Virus record (IMG/VR): IMGVR_UViG_3300045988_021436
Span: 1 to 54,857 of that record
Strand: one strand, 5' to 3'
DNA from: a virus
DNA length: 54,857 bases
The notes beneath the pieces are model-generated. The model was not told where the DNA came from. It did not search any database and saw only the letters and a program-made list of their open reading frames with translations. The translations under genes were made by a program, and so were the position numbers. Positions 16,039-25,546 of this stretch are shown in pieces (position 1 is the stretch's first letter; every line of letters starts with the position of its first letter).

Positions 16039-16346
16039 TCCTTTCCATTCAACCTTTCCTCAATTCCATCCAATCTGTGATGCGCCGAAGATACGCTTGA
16101 TTCAATTTTTGTTATCCTTGAATCGTGTTCTGACAATTTCTTTGTCATTTCTGACCTTTCATCTTTCATCTCGTTAATGGTATCTAATATCGCATCTAGC
16201 TTCATATTGATTCGTGTATTTTCCTTTACACGATCTTCTATATCTTTTGTATCTGTACGTTTGTTGCTTTTCAATCCCATAAAGACGGAAAAACCTAATG
16301 ATAGCACGCTTATAATGATTGCTGTTGAAATTTCAATAGTCATCAA
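16035..16346 (-). CDS. Membrane-anchored coiled-coil protein adjacent to the holin (possible lysis accessory)
   Basis: N-terminal TM segment (IEISTAIIISVLSLGFSVFMGL) followed by heptad-rich sequence. It overlaps the holin start. Confidence 0.35.
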   Translation of the reverse strand: MMTIEISTAIIISVLSLGFSVFMGLKSNKRTDTKDIEDRVKENTRINMKLDAILDTINEMKDERSEMTKKLSEHDSRITKIESSVSSAHHRLDGIEERLNGKE

Positions 16347-16474
16347 TCATATACCGCCTTTCTTATTATTTGGCACACCGCCCACCACCCTTAAAGTGTG
16401 CCGCCTGCTACCAAATCTGCAACGCAAATCTGATAACGCACAATCTTCTTTAACTTTTGGCTCTAAAAGCATTG

Positions 16475-16843
16475 TTATACAATTCTTGATATTGGTGTGA
16501 CCCCTCTCAACAACTCTTTCGAATCAACCCAACTTCTCGATACGCCGTTTTCAGAATAACTTTTCATAAATTCTTCGCCAGCTTGTGATCTATAATAAAT
16601 AACAAAATCAACTATGTTGTCTTCGTATCTTAACAAGTCTTTTTCTATTTCATCGTCCGTGTAATAATCTGGGTTATTCTCGTAGTGCCGTTCTTTTTTA
16701 ATGGAAGACACTGCCTTTTTTATGAGTTGGCTAAGCATAGGGTTTTCTTCTGCATGGGTGAATGTCATTTCATCCGTAACCGGGTCAACAGAATATTGTA
16801 GCAATCTTATTTTCACTTGTTCTAATATTTCCTTTTCATCCAT
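16475..16843 (-). CDS. Head-tail connector (gp6-like)
   Basis: Called from position after the capsid gene, size (122 aa), and the N-terminal LEQVKIRLL... pattern common in this family. Confidence 0.5.
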   Translation of the reverse strand: MDEKEILEQVKIRLLQYSVDPVTDEMTFTHAEENPMLSQLIKKAVSSIKKERHYENNPDYYTDDEIEKDLLRYEDNIVDFVIYYRSQAGEEFMKSYSENGVSRSWVDSKELLRGVTPISRIV

Positions 16844-16856
16844 GCTACATCACCTC

Positions 16857-17123
16857 TTACAATTCAAACTTTTCAATCAACATTCTCTTCAAATCTGAAC
16901 CGTTGATTTCTTCCACATCAGAAAATCCTTGCTCTTTTGCAAGTTTTCGTAATTCTGCGGTTGACATACGGTTAATACTTGTTTTTGTAAAAGAGGAACA
17001 CGGAAATTTATCCGGTTCCTCTTCGTACTTAAGTTCATCGCCGTATGTTGTTTTTTGTACTTCTTTTTCCACTTCCACGTCACACAATGCAGCAGCGTTG
17101 ATTTTGTGTCTTCTTAACAACAT
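16857..17123 (-). CDS. Small protein with a Rho-N/SAP-like helix-extended-helix motif
   Basis: MSTAELRKLAKEQGFSDVEEINGSDLKRMLIEKF resembles the Rho N-terminal / HeH motif. Confidence 0.45.
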   Translation of the reverse strand: MLLRRHKINAAALCDVEVEKEVQKTTYGDELKYEEEPDKFPCSSFTKTSINRMSTAELRKLAKEQGFSDVEEINGSDLKRMLIEKFEL

Positions 17124-17135
17124 ACAATCACCGCC

Positions 17136-18164
17136 TTACTCTGTATCAGCTTTAAAATGCGCAACAACAACCTTGGAATCATTGCTCAATACCGCCGTGT
17201 AATGCTCGTCACCGGAGATTACCGTTGTTTTTGCAAGAATATCTCTGTCTGATTCGATCTCTACGTTTCTCTTCATGTAAATTGTCAGTGCGTTTTCTTC
17301 TTCGGAAGCACCATCTGCACTTGAATCCTCGTTAGGATCTTCTGCGGAAACAATCACGATAGGGCAAGCATAGTAAGGTGTTGTTGCACTCTTAACTTTG
17401 TCTCCAACAGCAAGCTTTCCAGCATAGTTCGGAAGAATTGTTGACAGATGTTTCTTTGTCGCATCTTCTGTTACTGTGTCTGCTACGATTGTAATGGTGC
17501 CGGCTTCATTGTCTTTCTCGTACTTTACGAGTTTTACCTTCTTGGATTTAACAACTTGTGCGCCTGCAATAGAACCAATTGTTCCGTTCATAATCACATT
17601 AAGTGGGTATTTGTCGTTTGACTTGAAATCTGCGTCATTCAATAATGTGGCTTCCTGTGCTGGATTGATAAACAGGATTTTTGTGAGCGCTGCGTCGGAT
17701 TCATCATCAAACTTGCTATTAGCTGCTACAACAGCGGAATAGCTAATATTTGCAGAAGTTCCGTCATACTGAATTGGTGCGTCGCAAAGTGCATCGTAGC
17801 AATCATTGTCTACCTTTGCTGCAATTGACATCGCAATCTGATTTACAGTTGTACCCATAGGGTCGCCATATCCAGATAAAACGGATTCATCTGTTAATTC
17901 AACTGCTTTTCCGGCTTTCTTTACCTTTGCTTCTGTTGTAGATGCAGTAAGTACGGTTGTTCCCATTGCAACACCCTCTGCTACATCTTCTGCATCACCA
18001 ATATAAGCATATTTAGGAACAACAATTGTGCTTCCTGGTCTTCCTACAAGTGTAGTGTCAATTCTTGCAATTGGTGAAAACTTGATTTTTTTTGGCAACT
18101 TTGCTGATACCATATCAGCCATTACTTCTGGGTCTACTAAATTTGATAACTTTGTTTGTGGCAT
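17136..18164 (-). CDS. Major capsid protein
   Basis: MPQTKLSNLVDPEVMADMVSAKL...GRPGSTIVVPKYAYIGDAEDVAEG follows a scaffold gene. The start was chosen at the ATG after ggaggt. Confidence 0.8.
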   Translation of the reverse strand: MPQTKLSNLVDPEVMADMVSAKLPKKIKFSPIARIDTTLVGRPGSTIVVPKYAYIGDAEDVAEGVAMGTTVLTASTTEAKVKKAGKAVELTDESVLSGYGDPMGTTVNQIAMSIAAKVDNDCYDALCDAPIQYDGTSANISYSAVVAANSKFDDESDAALTKILFINPAQEATLLNDADFKSNDKYPLNVIMNGTIGSIAGAQVVKSKKVKLVKYEKDNEAGTITIVADTVTEDATKKHLSTILPNYAGKLAVGDKVKSATTPYYACPIVIVSAEDPNEDSSADGASEEENALTIYMKRNVEIESDRDILAKTTVISGDEHYTAVLSNDSKVVVAHFKADTE

Positions 18165-18179
18165 AGTTTTTACCTCCAT

Positions 18180-18764
18180 TTACTCTGTGAACTTTTTATA
18201 AAGTTCAGGATTTTTACTCTTAAACTCCACTCTTTCGTGGTAATTCATTTTGTTAAACTGTTCTTGTGTAATTGTGCTTTCCTCTCCGGTTCCAGCATTT
18301 ACGGGCGGTCTTGATTTCAACCATTCTGCTTTCGCTTCTTTTACTCTTTTTTGAACCTCGTTTTCAATTACACTTGAAATCATTGCGTGGTCGGCATCGG
18401 CAACCGCATCAATCAACGTTTCGATGTTCTTTTCTTCGCTAATTGTTTTTTGGTAAGCATTAACTGCTTTAATGTGATTCAGTTCTTTACTCATGTTTTC
18501 AAACTTTTCCGCTTGAAGTTTTTCCGCTTCTGCTTTTGCTTCTGCCTCCTGTTCTTCTGCGGTTTGTTTTGATCTCAACTGTTTTTTAAACTGTGCTGCT
18601 TCCGAACTAGCTTTATCAGATGCGTTTTTGTACTTTTCCTTTTCTGCTCGTTCGTTCGCTAATTGAGCCATCAATTCTTCAACTGTTGGTGTTTTTTCTT
18701 CACTTGCACCAGTTGTCTGTTCACTTACCTGTGTTTCTGTTGTTGTAGTAGCTGTCTCTGCCAT
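18180..18764 (-). CDS. Scaffolding protein
   Basis: 194-aa acidic, Ala/Glu/Lys-rich coiled coil between the portal and capsid genes. Confidence 0.7.
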   Translation of the reverse strand: MAETATTTTETQVSEQTTGASEEKTPTVEELMAQLANERAEKEKYKNASDKASSEAAQFKKQLRSKQTAEEQEAEAKAEAEKLQAEKFENMSKELNHIKAVNAYQKTISEEKNIETLIDAVADADHAMISSVIENEVQKRVKEAKAEWLKSRPPVNAGTGEESTITQEQFNKMNYHERVEFKSKNPELYKKFTE

Positions 18765-18883
18765 AATTCTTACCTCTTCTTTCTGCGATTTAAGTTTTCT
18801 CTAACTTTTTGCGAAATTTTTATTGCCCTTTCTCTAGGGCATATAAAAAGCCATAGAAAATTTTCTATGGCTTAAAATCATAT

Positions 18884-20458
18884 TTATCGATCTGTTCTAC
18901 TCTTATCAATCATTGGGCTGTTTTCTATTTGGTCGGAAAGATCTTGCATAGTTCTTTCTTTATTTGGTTCTTTTTCTCCATCTCCGCCCTCTGCTTGATT
19001 GGTTGTATCCTTCTTTATAACACTATCTTGATACTCTCTTACCATTTCACCGCTTCTTGAAACAACATCATTAGGGTCATCAAAAAATGGTATTGCGCCA
19101 ATCGTATCTTCAAGGCTAAAACCGTGGCTAATCAATGTGGCAATTGAATTTACCTTTGTTGACATTTCGTAAGTTTTTTGCCTTTTTATATTGGGTTGCA
19201 CATCTCTTGATCTTAATTTTAACAGTGGATTGTTTGCTTCTATTCCACTTGATTGCTTGATCGCTTCCAAAACAACCTTAATCTCTTCCATTTTGCAGCC
19301 ATCAGTTATCAATTGTTGTTTTGCTGCTGCCGTTTCCGCTTGTGACCATCCTGTAGCATCACTCATTGCAACGCCTGTACTTCCACCGCTATTATCGTTT
19401 CTTTGAGGTACGTTGCATTTTTGCAATATCACTTGTCTTCTATATTGTATGTTATTTAGCATTCCGCTATAATCATATTGAACAGCCAATGGATTGATAA
19501 ACGGTTGCTTTCCGTCTTGCGATGTGTAAGTCAATATCCATTCATTTGTTCCCGGTTTTTTTGTGACCTCAACCTTTTTGCCGTTTTCATCTTCTATAAT
19601 TTCTTTTGGAAATTCGACATCATTACCGTGCCATATAGCCTGTGTATTTTGATCTACATCATTTGTAAAGTCAGAAATAAGTAAGTTGAGATTGTCCATT
19701 TCCGATATTTGACGTTCAAAGCATCCCATACGATCATAAGAACGAACATATTCAACAATTGGTATTTTATGTAATGGGTTTTCTTCTCCGTTTCTTTCAA
19801 GGAATCCCCATTTGTTTTTTTCTTCGTTTTTTCCATTTGTTATTTTTAATCCGTCTGTAATCTCAAACCTTTGATCTTTTGTAAAACATGTATAAAATCT
19901 TTTTCCGGTATTCTTTTCTTTCCTATACGTTCCGGCAAGAATAATTCTTCTATCGCTATAATACGTTGATCTAACAACAAATGTTATCCTTGGGTCTAAT
20001 ACATCATATGTAAAATAACTATCTCCATCCTCATATTCTGTATTAACATCAATATACACATATCCCACGCCGCAAATTTCTATATATCTAGCAAGTTCCT
20101 GTTGTTTTTGGTTGTAACCTTGTGACTGATAACATGTATTTAATTCCGCTATTGCTTTTGTGATGTTTTTATTACTTTTATCACCGTTTTGAACAAATGT
20201 AATAGGGTTACCCCATTTAAACCCAAGGTTAAATTCCGTTACTTCGTTTGCTACATTATCTACGCATCGGCAATCAATATCCGTCCTTGTTTTCTTCGTT
20301 CTTTGTAACGGTTGTATTCCGGCATCATAATCAAGAAGAAATTGTATTCTTGCAGAATTTTGGTCATGTTCAAGAATCGCACTTCTCAAAACGGATATTA
20401 CATTTTCTTTTGTTACTTCTTTTACATCTGTATAAATCACAATTCTTCCCGTTTGCAT
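18884..20458 (-). CDS. Portal protein (SPP1 gp6-like)
   Basis: 524 aa. The N-terminal ...ENVISVLRSAILEHDQNSARIQFLLDYDAGIQP pattern and the gene's position support the call. Confidence 0.8.
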   Translation of the reverse strand: MQTGRIVIYTDVKEVTKENVISVLRSAILEHDQNSARIQFLLDYDAGIQPLQRTKKTRTDIDCRCVDNVANEVTEFNLGFKWGNPITFVQNGDKSNKNITKAIAELNTCYQSQGYNQKQQELARYIEICGVGYVYIDVNTEYEDGDSYFTYDVLDPRITFVVRSTYYSDRRIILAGTYRKEKNTGKRFYTCFTKDQRFEITDGLKITNGKNEEKNKWGFLERNGEENPLHKIPIVEYVRSYDRMGCFERQISEMDNLNLLISDFTNDVDQNTQAIWHGNDVEFPKEIIEDENGKKVEVTKKPGTNEWILTYTSQDGKQPFINPLAVQYDYSGMLNNIQYRRQVILQKCNVPQRNDNSGGSTGVAMSDATGWSQAETAAAKQQLITDGCKMEEIKVVLEAIKQSSGIEANNPLLKLRSRDVQPNIKRQKTYEMSTKVNSIATLISHGFSLEDTIGAIPFFDDPNDVVSRSGEMVREYQDSVIKKDTTNQAEGGDGEKEPNKERTMQDLSDQIENSPMIDKSRTDR

Positions 20459-20471
20459 ATTTACACCTCTA

Positions 20472-20660
20472 TCAATAAAATCTCATTCCGCTTGAAGTTG
20501 TCCTTTCCACCTTGGAAACAACTGTCGAACCGCTCGCAACATAATAAGTAATAATTTTATTGCACTTATTACATTTAGTTTTTATATCTATTGTTTGCTT
20601 GCCATCATATGTTGCAATCTTCCGACCACATCTGGGGCAATATATTTTTTTCTGTTTCAT
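20472..20660 (-). CDS. Com-like zinc-finger protein
   Basis: MKQKKIYCPRCGRKIATYDG...KCNKCNKII has two CxxC pairs. The start was chosen after gaggt. Confidence 0.4.
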   Translation of the reverse strand: MKQKKIYCPRCGRKIATYDGKQTIDIKTKCNKCNKIITYYVASGSTVVSKVERTTSSGMRFY

Positions 20661-20844
20661 TTTCTTTACCTCATTTTTACCGCAAGTCAAAAACGGCATG
20701 ACAGCTTATTGCCATCACACCGCTTTCGATTTACCGATTTAAGAAAGGATATTACGTGAAATTCTTACAACTATTATTATACATTGTCAAATATCTAAAT
20801 GTAAATATGTGTAAAACTGCATTTTACTGAATATCAATGAATGA

Positions 20845-21267
20845 TTACATATATTCATCACCATAATTACGTTCAAACTCTTTAATTGCTTCTTTGTGTA
20901 GGCTATACACTTTTCTTTCGCACCAATTCATTTTTTTTGAAATATCCTCAAATTTTAAGCAATTTACATATCTAAGGCAAAGAATCTCATAATGTTCAAA
21001 TTTTTCCATATTGTCAATTTGGCTTATAATGTGTTTTCTTTTTTTTGAAAGATTATCAACCATTTCTTCTAATTCTTTTTCTGAATCTATTACTTTTGAA
21101 ACCGCACTGCTCAATTTATCATTCTTTATAGATGTTTGAACTCTTTCGCTTTCCGTTGAATTTGTAATTCCACAAGCCATTGCCTTTAACCGATATATTT
21201 CTGATAATTTGTTTTCAATCATTTTTTCCAATCTTTCTATTTGCGATAAATAGTTTTGTGTTGTCAT
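20845..21267 (-). CDS. DUF1492 / sigma-region-4-like phage transcriptional regulator
   Basis: The C-terminal HYEILCLRYVNCLKFEDISKKMNWCERKVYSLHKEAIKEF resembles a sigma-70 region 4 HTH. Confidence 0.5.
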   Translation of the reverse strand: MTTQNYLSQIERLEKMIENKLSEIYRLKAMACGITNSTESERVQTSIKNDKLSSAVSKVIDSEKELEEMVDNLSKKRKHIISQIDNMEKFEHYEILCLRYVNCLKFEDISKKMNWCERKVYSLHKEAIKEFERNYGDEYM

Positions 21268-21284
21268 GCTTTACACTCTCCTTT

Positions 21285-21500
21285 TCAATCGGCATATTCC
21301 CATTTGTAGCCCATATAACTATCCCTTTTCCCTATGCAGCACAAATATACTGTCTTTCTTTGATACCCCGTTTCTCTTTGCATCTTTTTAAATCCCGACC
21401 ATATTTTTACAACATTTCCGTCTAGGTCTTTTTGGTAGAACTTTCTTCTCTGTGTTTCTGCTCCTCTTTCCATGCAATCTCCATAATGATTATTATACAT
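21285..21500 (-). pseudogene. Homing-endonuclease C-terminal DNA-binding fragment (NUMOD1-like)
   Basis: ...KIWSGFKKMQRETGYQRKTVYLCCIGKRDSYMGYKWEYA matches the typical C-terminal module of HNH/GIY homing endonucleases, here on its own. Confidence 0.45.
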
Positions 21501-21559
21501 TTGTGTACACCACTCTAAATTATCTGCACTATTGTTAAGCTTATTTTGATCTTTGTGAT

Positions 21560-21838
21560 TTATTTGCGGATAGTTTTTCTAGGGTTTTCAATAAATGCTT
21601 CTGCAACCAATCTGTGCAAAAGTTTTCCGTATGCTTTTCCGTTTTTATGTAAATCAACTTTTACATATCCACTATTTTGAATAGTATTTGTCTTTATATT
21701 CATTCCTTTTTCTCTTTTAAGCCACCCCGCTTTTGTAACTACTATTCTATCTAGCGACCTTAGTTTTCCATTGTTGCTTATTTGATAAATCCCCTCAAAA
21801 CCAACAACATCTTTCCATACTTCCTCCATGTTTCCCAC
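21560..21838 (-). pseudogene. Homing-endonuclease N-terminal fragment (NUMOD4 motif) lacking the catalytic HNH core
   Basis: EEVWKDVVGFEGIYQISNNGKLRSL...LHRLVAEAFIENP, then a stop where NH..DGN would normally follow. Confidence 0.5.
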
Positions 21839-21842
21839 TCTC

Positions 21843-23597
21843 CTATATCGGACTTTCCATTATTATTGTCTTGTGCTTTCTTTTATTTGAATAGATCATG
21901 TCACACAACTGTGCGGTAGAATCAATTCCATCATCATGCTTCATTTTTCCTTCATATGTGCAAGATAAAATATTTTGAAAATATTTCCTGTATTCTTTTG
22001 ATTGATATTTCATGTCAACAAAATGCAATTTCCTAATGTCTGGTGCGTGATTTTTGATTCTATCCATTTTTGCCGTTTTATTATCTGCTGGGTCATGACT
22101 TGTATTAACCGGGTATCCGTCTCTTTCCCATATCTTTTCACATTCTGTTCGATATGCAGAAGTTGTCTTCGTCTCTTCAAAATGTACTTCTGCCGTTTTA
22201 TTTTCAAACTTATCCAAGTGATTTTCTATTCTGCTTGTGACTTCCGGTATTGTAATTTCTTTATCTCCATCGTTATACACAACATCAGTTATGTAATGTT
22301 CTCCGTCGATTTCATAACATATAGGCATTGAAACAAAATCTCCGCCACCATAAGCCGGGTCATTCGCTGCAAATATCTTATCCGGTCTTATTTCTTCTAT
22401 CTCTTTCGGATTAAAGAAATTCATGTTATCAACATTAAACATTTGACCTTTTCTTTCGATCGGCTCCTGCTGATATTGCGCCAACCACGATGCCAAATCG
22501 TCATTATTTTCAAACGAAGCCATTCTTCTTTTATAATCAAGTGTTGTGTATCCTAGTTTATAAGGGTAATCAAAGTTGCTCTCTCCGTTTTCATTCAGTG
22601 CTGGTATTATTATTTCTCTATGCCTTATTTCCGAATACTCTTGGTCGCCATTAAGCAATTCCAATCTTCTACCTTGCACATCCCTGGGCGCCCATCTTGT
22701 TCCAATTCCTATCAACTTTGCCTTTCCAGGCTTTATTCTCGGCATAAAATTGTTGTCAAACTTACCCCACACTGTGTTCTGCCTATCTTCACTTAGTGCT
22801 TCATCAATTCCACTAAATAGATCGTCGTATATCCCTAACCCATCACAATCACAAGCACCATTTAAAGTTCCGTAAATTGATCTCATCGTGAATGTCGGGT
22901 ACGTTTTTTTTCTATTTATATCAATTGTTAAGTCTTTTCCGTCTGTCAATCCATCAATTTTGTTGTCTGGATATATTTCTCTGTATGTATATGTCGGGTC
23001 TGTTATCATTTCCTTTGTTCCATCGTAAAATCCGCCTGTTATTTTGTCAGAATATGCAGAATACAGATTAGATCTTTCCGGTCTGTTGGAGCCAAACCAC
23101 AAATTTCCCATTTTTACTATCTGGGTTTTCCCGATACGACCTGGGCAAAAAACCATACCCTCATCCAACTTGTCATCATATAAATCCTGTATCAATTGTG
23201 CCACTTGTTTCAACGGATTTTGTCTCGGAATGTAAAACCTCTCCCATGGTGCCCTGTTTTTCTCCATGTAAACCATAAAACTTTCAAACAAAAAATGAGA
23301 TTCCAACAAAAACAATTCAAAATATGAATCTAAAACAGTTATTCCTTGGTCTATTTCGTTTTTATGTTTATAATAGTCCAAATCCCATATTGTTCCTCCC
23401 GTTTTACTTATGCAGAAACGCTCTATTTTGCCCTTAAAACACTTTGTAAGTTGCAACCCATACGGAATATCCTTTTCCCCGTTTATAGCCACCTTACAGG
23501 CTTCTATATATGCATTCATTACGGATTCATCTATGCCTTTTTGCTCTATGTAATTGTCATATCCTTGGATTGTCTTAATCAGATAATCAGATGCCAA
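21843..23597 (-). CDS. terL: Terminase large subunit
   Basis: 584 aa with a Walker A-like CPGRIGKT and a C-terminal nuclease-type acidic region. It lies upstream of the portal gene. The apparent start codon is TTG. Confidence 0.8.
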   Translation of the reverse strand: MASDYLIKTIQGYDNYIEQKGIDESVMNAYIEACKVAINGEKDIPYGLQLTKCFKGKIERFCISKTGGTIWDLDYYKHKNEIDQGITVLDSYFELFLLESHFLFESFMVYMEKNRAPWERFYIPRQNPLKQVAQLIQDLYDDKLDEGMVFCPGRIGKTQIVKMGNLWFGSNRPERSNLYSAYSDKITGGFYDGTKEMITDPTYTYREIYPDNKIDGLTDGKDLTIDINRKKTYPTFTMRSIYGTLNGACDCDGLGIYDDLFSGIDEALSEDRQNTVWGKFDNNFMPRIKPGKAKLIGIGTRWAPRDVQGRRLELLNGDQEYSEIRHREIIIPALNENGESNFDYPYKLGYTTLDYKRRMASFENNDDLASWLAQYQQEPIERKGQMFNVDNMNFFNPKEIEEIRPDKIFAANDPAYGGGDFVSMPICYEIDGEHYITDVVYNDGDKEITIPEVTSRIENHLDKFENKTAEVHFEETKTTSAYRTECEKIWERDGYPVNTSHDPADNKTAKMDRIKNHAPDIRKLHFVDMKYQSKEYRKYFQNILSCTYEGKMKHDDGIDSTAQLCDMIYSNKRKHKTIIMESPI

Positions 23598-23602
23598 AAG
23601 AA

Positions 23603-23631
23603 AAGCACCTCGCTTTCTAGCAAAGGTGCTT
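23603..23631 (-). promoter_or_regulatory. Stem-loop that sequesters the terL Shine-Dalgarno and resembles a terminator
   Basis: Minus-sense AAGCACCU (23631-23624), a 13-nt loop, and AGGUGCUU (23610-23603), followed by UUCUUUUG(G). The AGGUG in the 3' arm is the only SD for the TTG start. Confidence 0.5.
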
Positions 23632-23783
23632 ATATAGACCTCTGCCTATAATTATTCTAGGTTAGCGACTAACTCCTGTTTGTTAGCCGGTTTCTATTTA
23701 TTTTTTGGTTTCCCTACCACACATCGAAATTGGGTTTTCCAACACTGTTTCCATAACTCCTTAAACAGTCTTCCAATGATTTT

Positions 23784-24164
23784 TTACTTTTCTGCTGCTA
23801 CATTTATCACTCCATGTTTTTCAATAAGTTCATTATAATTATCAATCACATATCCTCCGCTGATAAAATAACGTTTAATTCCGTATCTTTCTGCCGTTTC
23901 TCTTTCGATCTGACATCTATTCCAAGCCCATGCCTCACTAATTCCGATAAATACATCTGCTTGTGCCAATTTCTTAAGGCTTTCTCCCAAAAACCAAATA
24001 GCTTGATTATTGCTTTTCGGTGGGTTATCTTCAATGTAACTGTCGATCATTTCTAATTCCTCTCCCTCGAAAATTTCCGCAATATTCTTCATCTTATCAA
24101 TTGTTTTTCTGATTTCTTCCTCTGTTCTTCCTTTCATTGGTACGCTTACAAATAATTTTTTCAT
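23784..24164 (-). CDS. Nucleoside 2-deoxyribosyltransferase-like / DUF4406-like protein (weak call)
   Basis: MKKLFVSVPMKGRTEEEI... has a Rossmann-like N-terminal pattern. The start was chosen after ggaaagga. Confidence 0.35.
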   Translation of the reverse strand: MKKLFVSVPMKGRTEEEIRKTIDKMKNIAEIFEGEELEMIDSYIEDNPPKSNNQAIWFLGESLKKLAQADVFIGISEAWAWNRCQIERETAERYGIKRYFISGGYVIDNYNELIEKHGVINVAAEK

Positions 24165-24187
24165 ATTATATTCCTTTCCGCTGATAA

Positions 24188-24427
24188 TCAGCAATTTATC
24201 TTTATTCCCTCTGTCAATATTCCGGTTTTGTCACTATCTAATTTATAATCTCCGTTTTCATCCAACTTTACCCATCTTGCATCAATTGTAATCATTGGTT
24301 TTTTATCTGCATGACCGATAAAATGTAATTCCATGTCTGTACACCTTACTTTTTCACCTTCAATAAACACTTGTGCCGTTTCGCCATCAGATATTATTTT
24401 AATTTTCTCTTTCATTTCTCCATACAC
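24188..24427 (-). CDS. Hypothetical protein
   Basis: ORF in operon context with an overlapping stop/start. Confidence 0.4.
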   Translation of the reverse strand: MYGEMKEKIKIISDGETAQVFIEGEKVRCTDMELHFIGHADKKPMITIDARWVKLDENGDYKLDSDKTGILTEGIKINC

Positions 24428-24478
24428 CCTTTCCGGAACTTTTGTTCTCTCGATTGGTTCCCGTCTGTAAGCAGATCT

Positions 24479-24685
24479 CTAAAAATTATCTTCGTACCAC
24501 CTATCCATTTCTCCGATAACTGAATTTGCATAATATGTCGGTTTACTCATAGTTTTTGTTCTGCTGCATAAAACCTCTTGATAGTTTTCTATAATAAACT
24601 CGCATTCATCACCGTTATACGCATAATCTTTATAGAACCTATAAAAAGATTTCAAATTTTTGATAAAATCAATTAGTGTTTTCAT
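24479..24685 (-). CDS. Hypothetical protein
   Basis: ORF in operon context. Confidence 0.4.
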   Translation of the reverse strand: MKTLIDFIKNLKSFYRFYKDYAYNGDECEFIIENYQEVLCSRTKTMSKPTYYANSVIGEMDRWYEDNF

Positions 24686-24956
24686 TCCTCATAAACCTCT
24701 CAAAATCTTTTCTACACTTAGGACACAAATGGAGTTCTTTGCTATCTTTATATGTGGTTCTAACTATTTCAACGCTAAAAGTATTATTTGCAATTTTATT
24801 CGTATCCGCAATATAACTTATTTCCGGTTTTTCATATATAAGTTTCAATTCAGCTTCAGGCATTATTAACCTGCTAACCCACGTTGAAAATTTTGGCAAT
24901 CTATCAATTTCTTTTCCACACCTGTCGCAGGTGTACCATTCTTTTTCGTGTTTCAT
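24669..24956 (-). CDS. Hypothetical Zn-ribbon protein
   Basis: Pairs CDRCGK ... CPKC. Confidence 0.4.
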   Translation of the reverse strand: MKHEKEWYTCDRCGKEIDRLPKFSTWVSRLIMPEAELKLIYEKPEISYIADTNKIANNTFSVEIVRTTYKDSKELHLCPKCRKDFERFMRNENTN

Positions 24957-24968
24957 TCTTCCACCGCC

Positions 24969-25223
24969 TTAATATCCGCCATCAAATTCCGAAAGCCATT
25001 CTTTCAGTTCTACATGCGCTTTAGCAAAGCAAAGTTCCATGTCGCAATCACTTTCATTAACAATTATTACATCTTCACCGTCATGCCTAGCTTTAGGGTA
25101 ATCATCGGCGCAGCCTCTTTTATAAATCAAAATATTCCAATCACATATTTTGCTGTAAGTGATTTCAAGATGCATAGGAAAGTCTTTTGCTTTATCGTCA
25201 AAAAATTTCAAAAATTCATTCAT
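24969..25223 (-). CDS. Hypothetical protein
   Basis: ORF in operon context. Confidence 0.4.
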   Translation of the reverse strand: MNEFLKFFDDKAKDFPMHLEITYSKICDWNILIYKRGCADDYPKARHDGEDVIIVNESDCDMELCFAKAHVELKEWLSEFDGGY

Positions 25224-25477
25224 TCTTCCACCAACTTTCTACCGCACATAGGGCAAAACAAAATATTTAATGCTCCTGCTCCATATTCATTTGCACTGTT
25301 CGTAAAAACAAGTGTAGGTTTATTAAGGCATTTACGAATTTCTATTTCTATTCCAGATGGTATCATTCCTGTTTCGTCTGGATTTATAAAATTCCAATTT
25401 GGAATTCCAATTCCTATTTGTTTGCAAAAATCACACATATCTATCACTCCTATATCAAAATTCCGCGCATCCGTCAC
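25220..25477 (-). CDS. Hypothetical Zn-binding protein
   Basis: Pairs CDFC ... CPMCG. Confidence 0.4.
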   Translation of the reverse strand: MTDARNFDIGVIDMCDFCKQIGIGIPNWNFINPDETGMIPSGIEIEIRKCLNKPTLVFTNSANEYGAGALNILFCPMCGRKLVEE

Positions 25478-25546
25478 AATCTACTTCATCTCTTTTAACC
25501 CATAAGGTATGTGGGTGCAACGAATTTTCCCGCCTCCGGCACTCGC

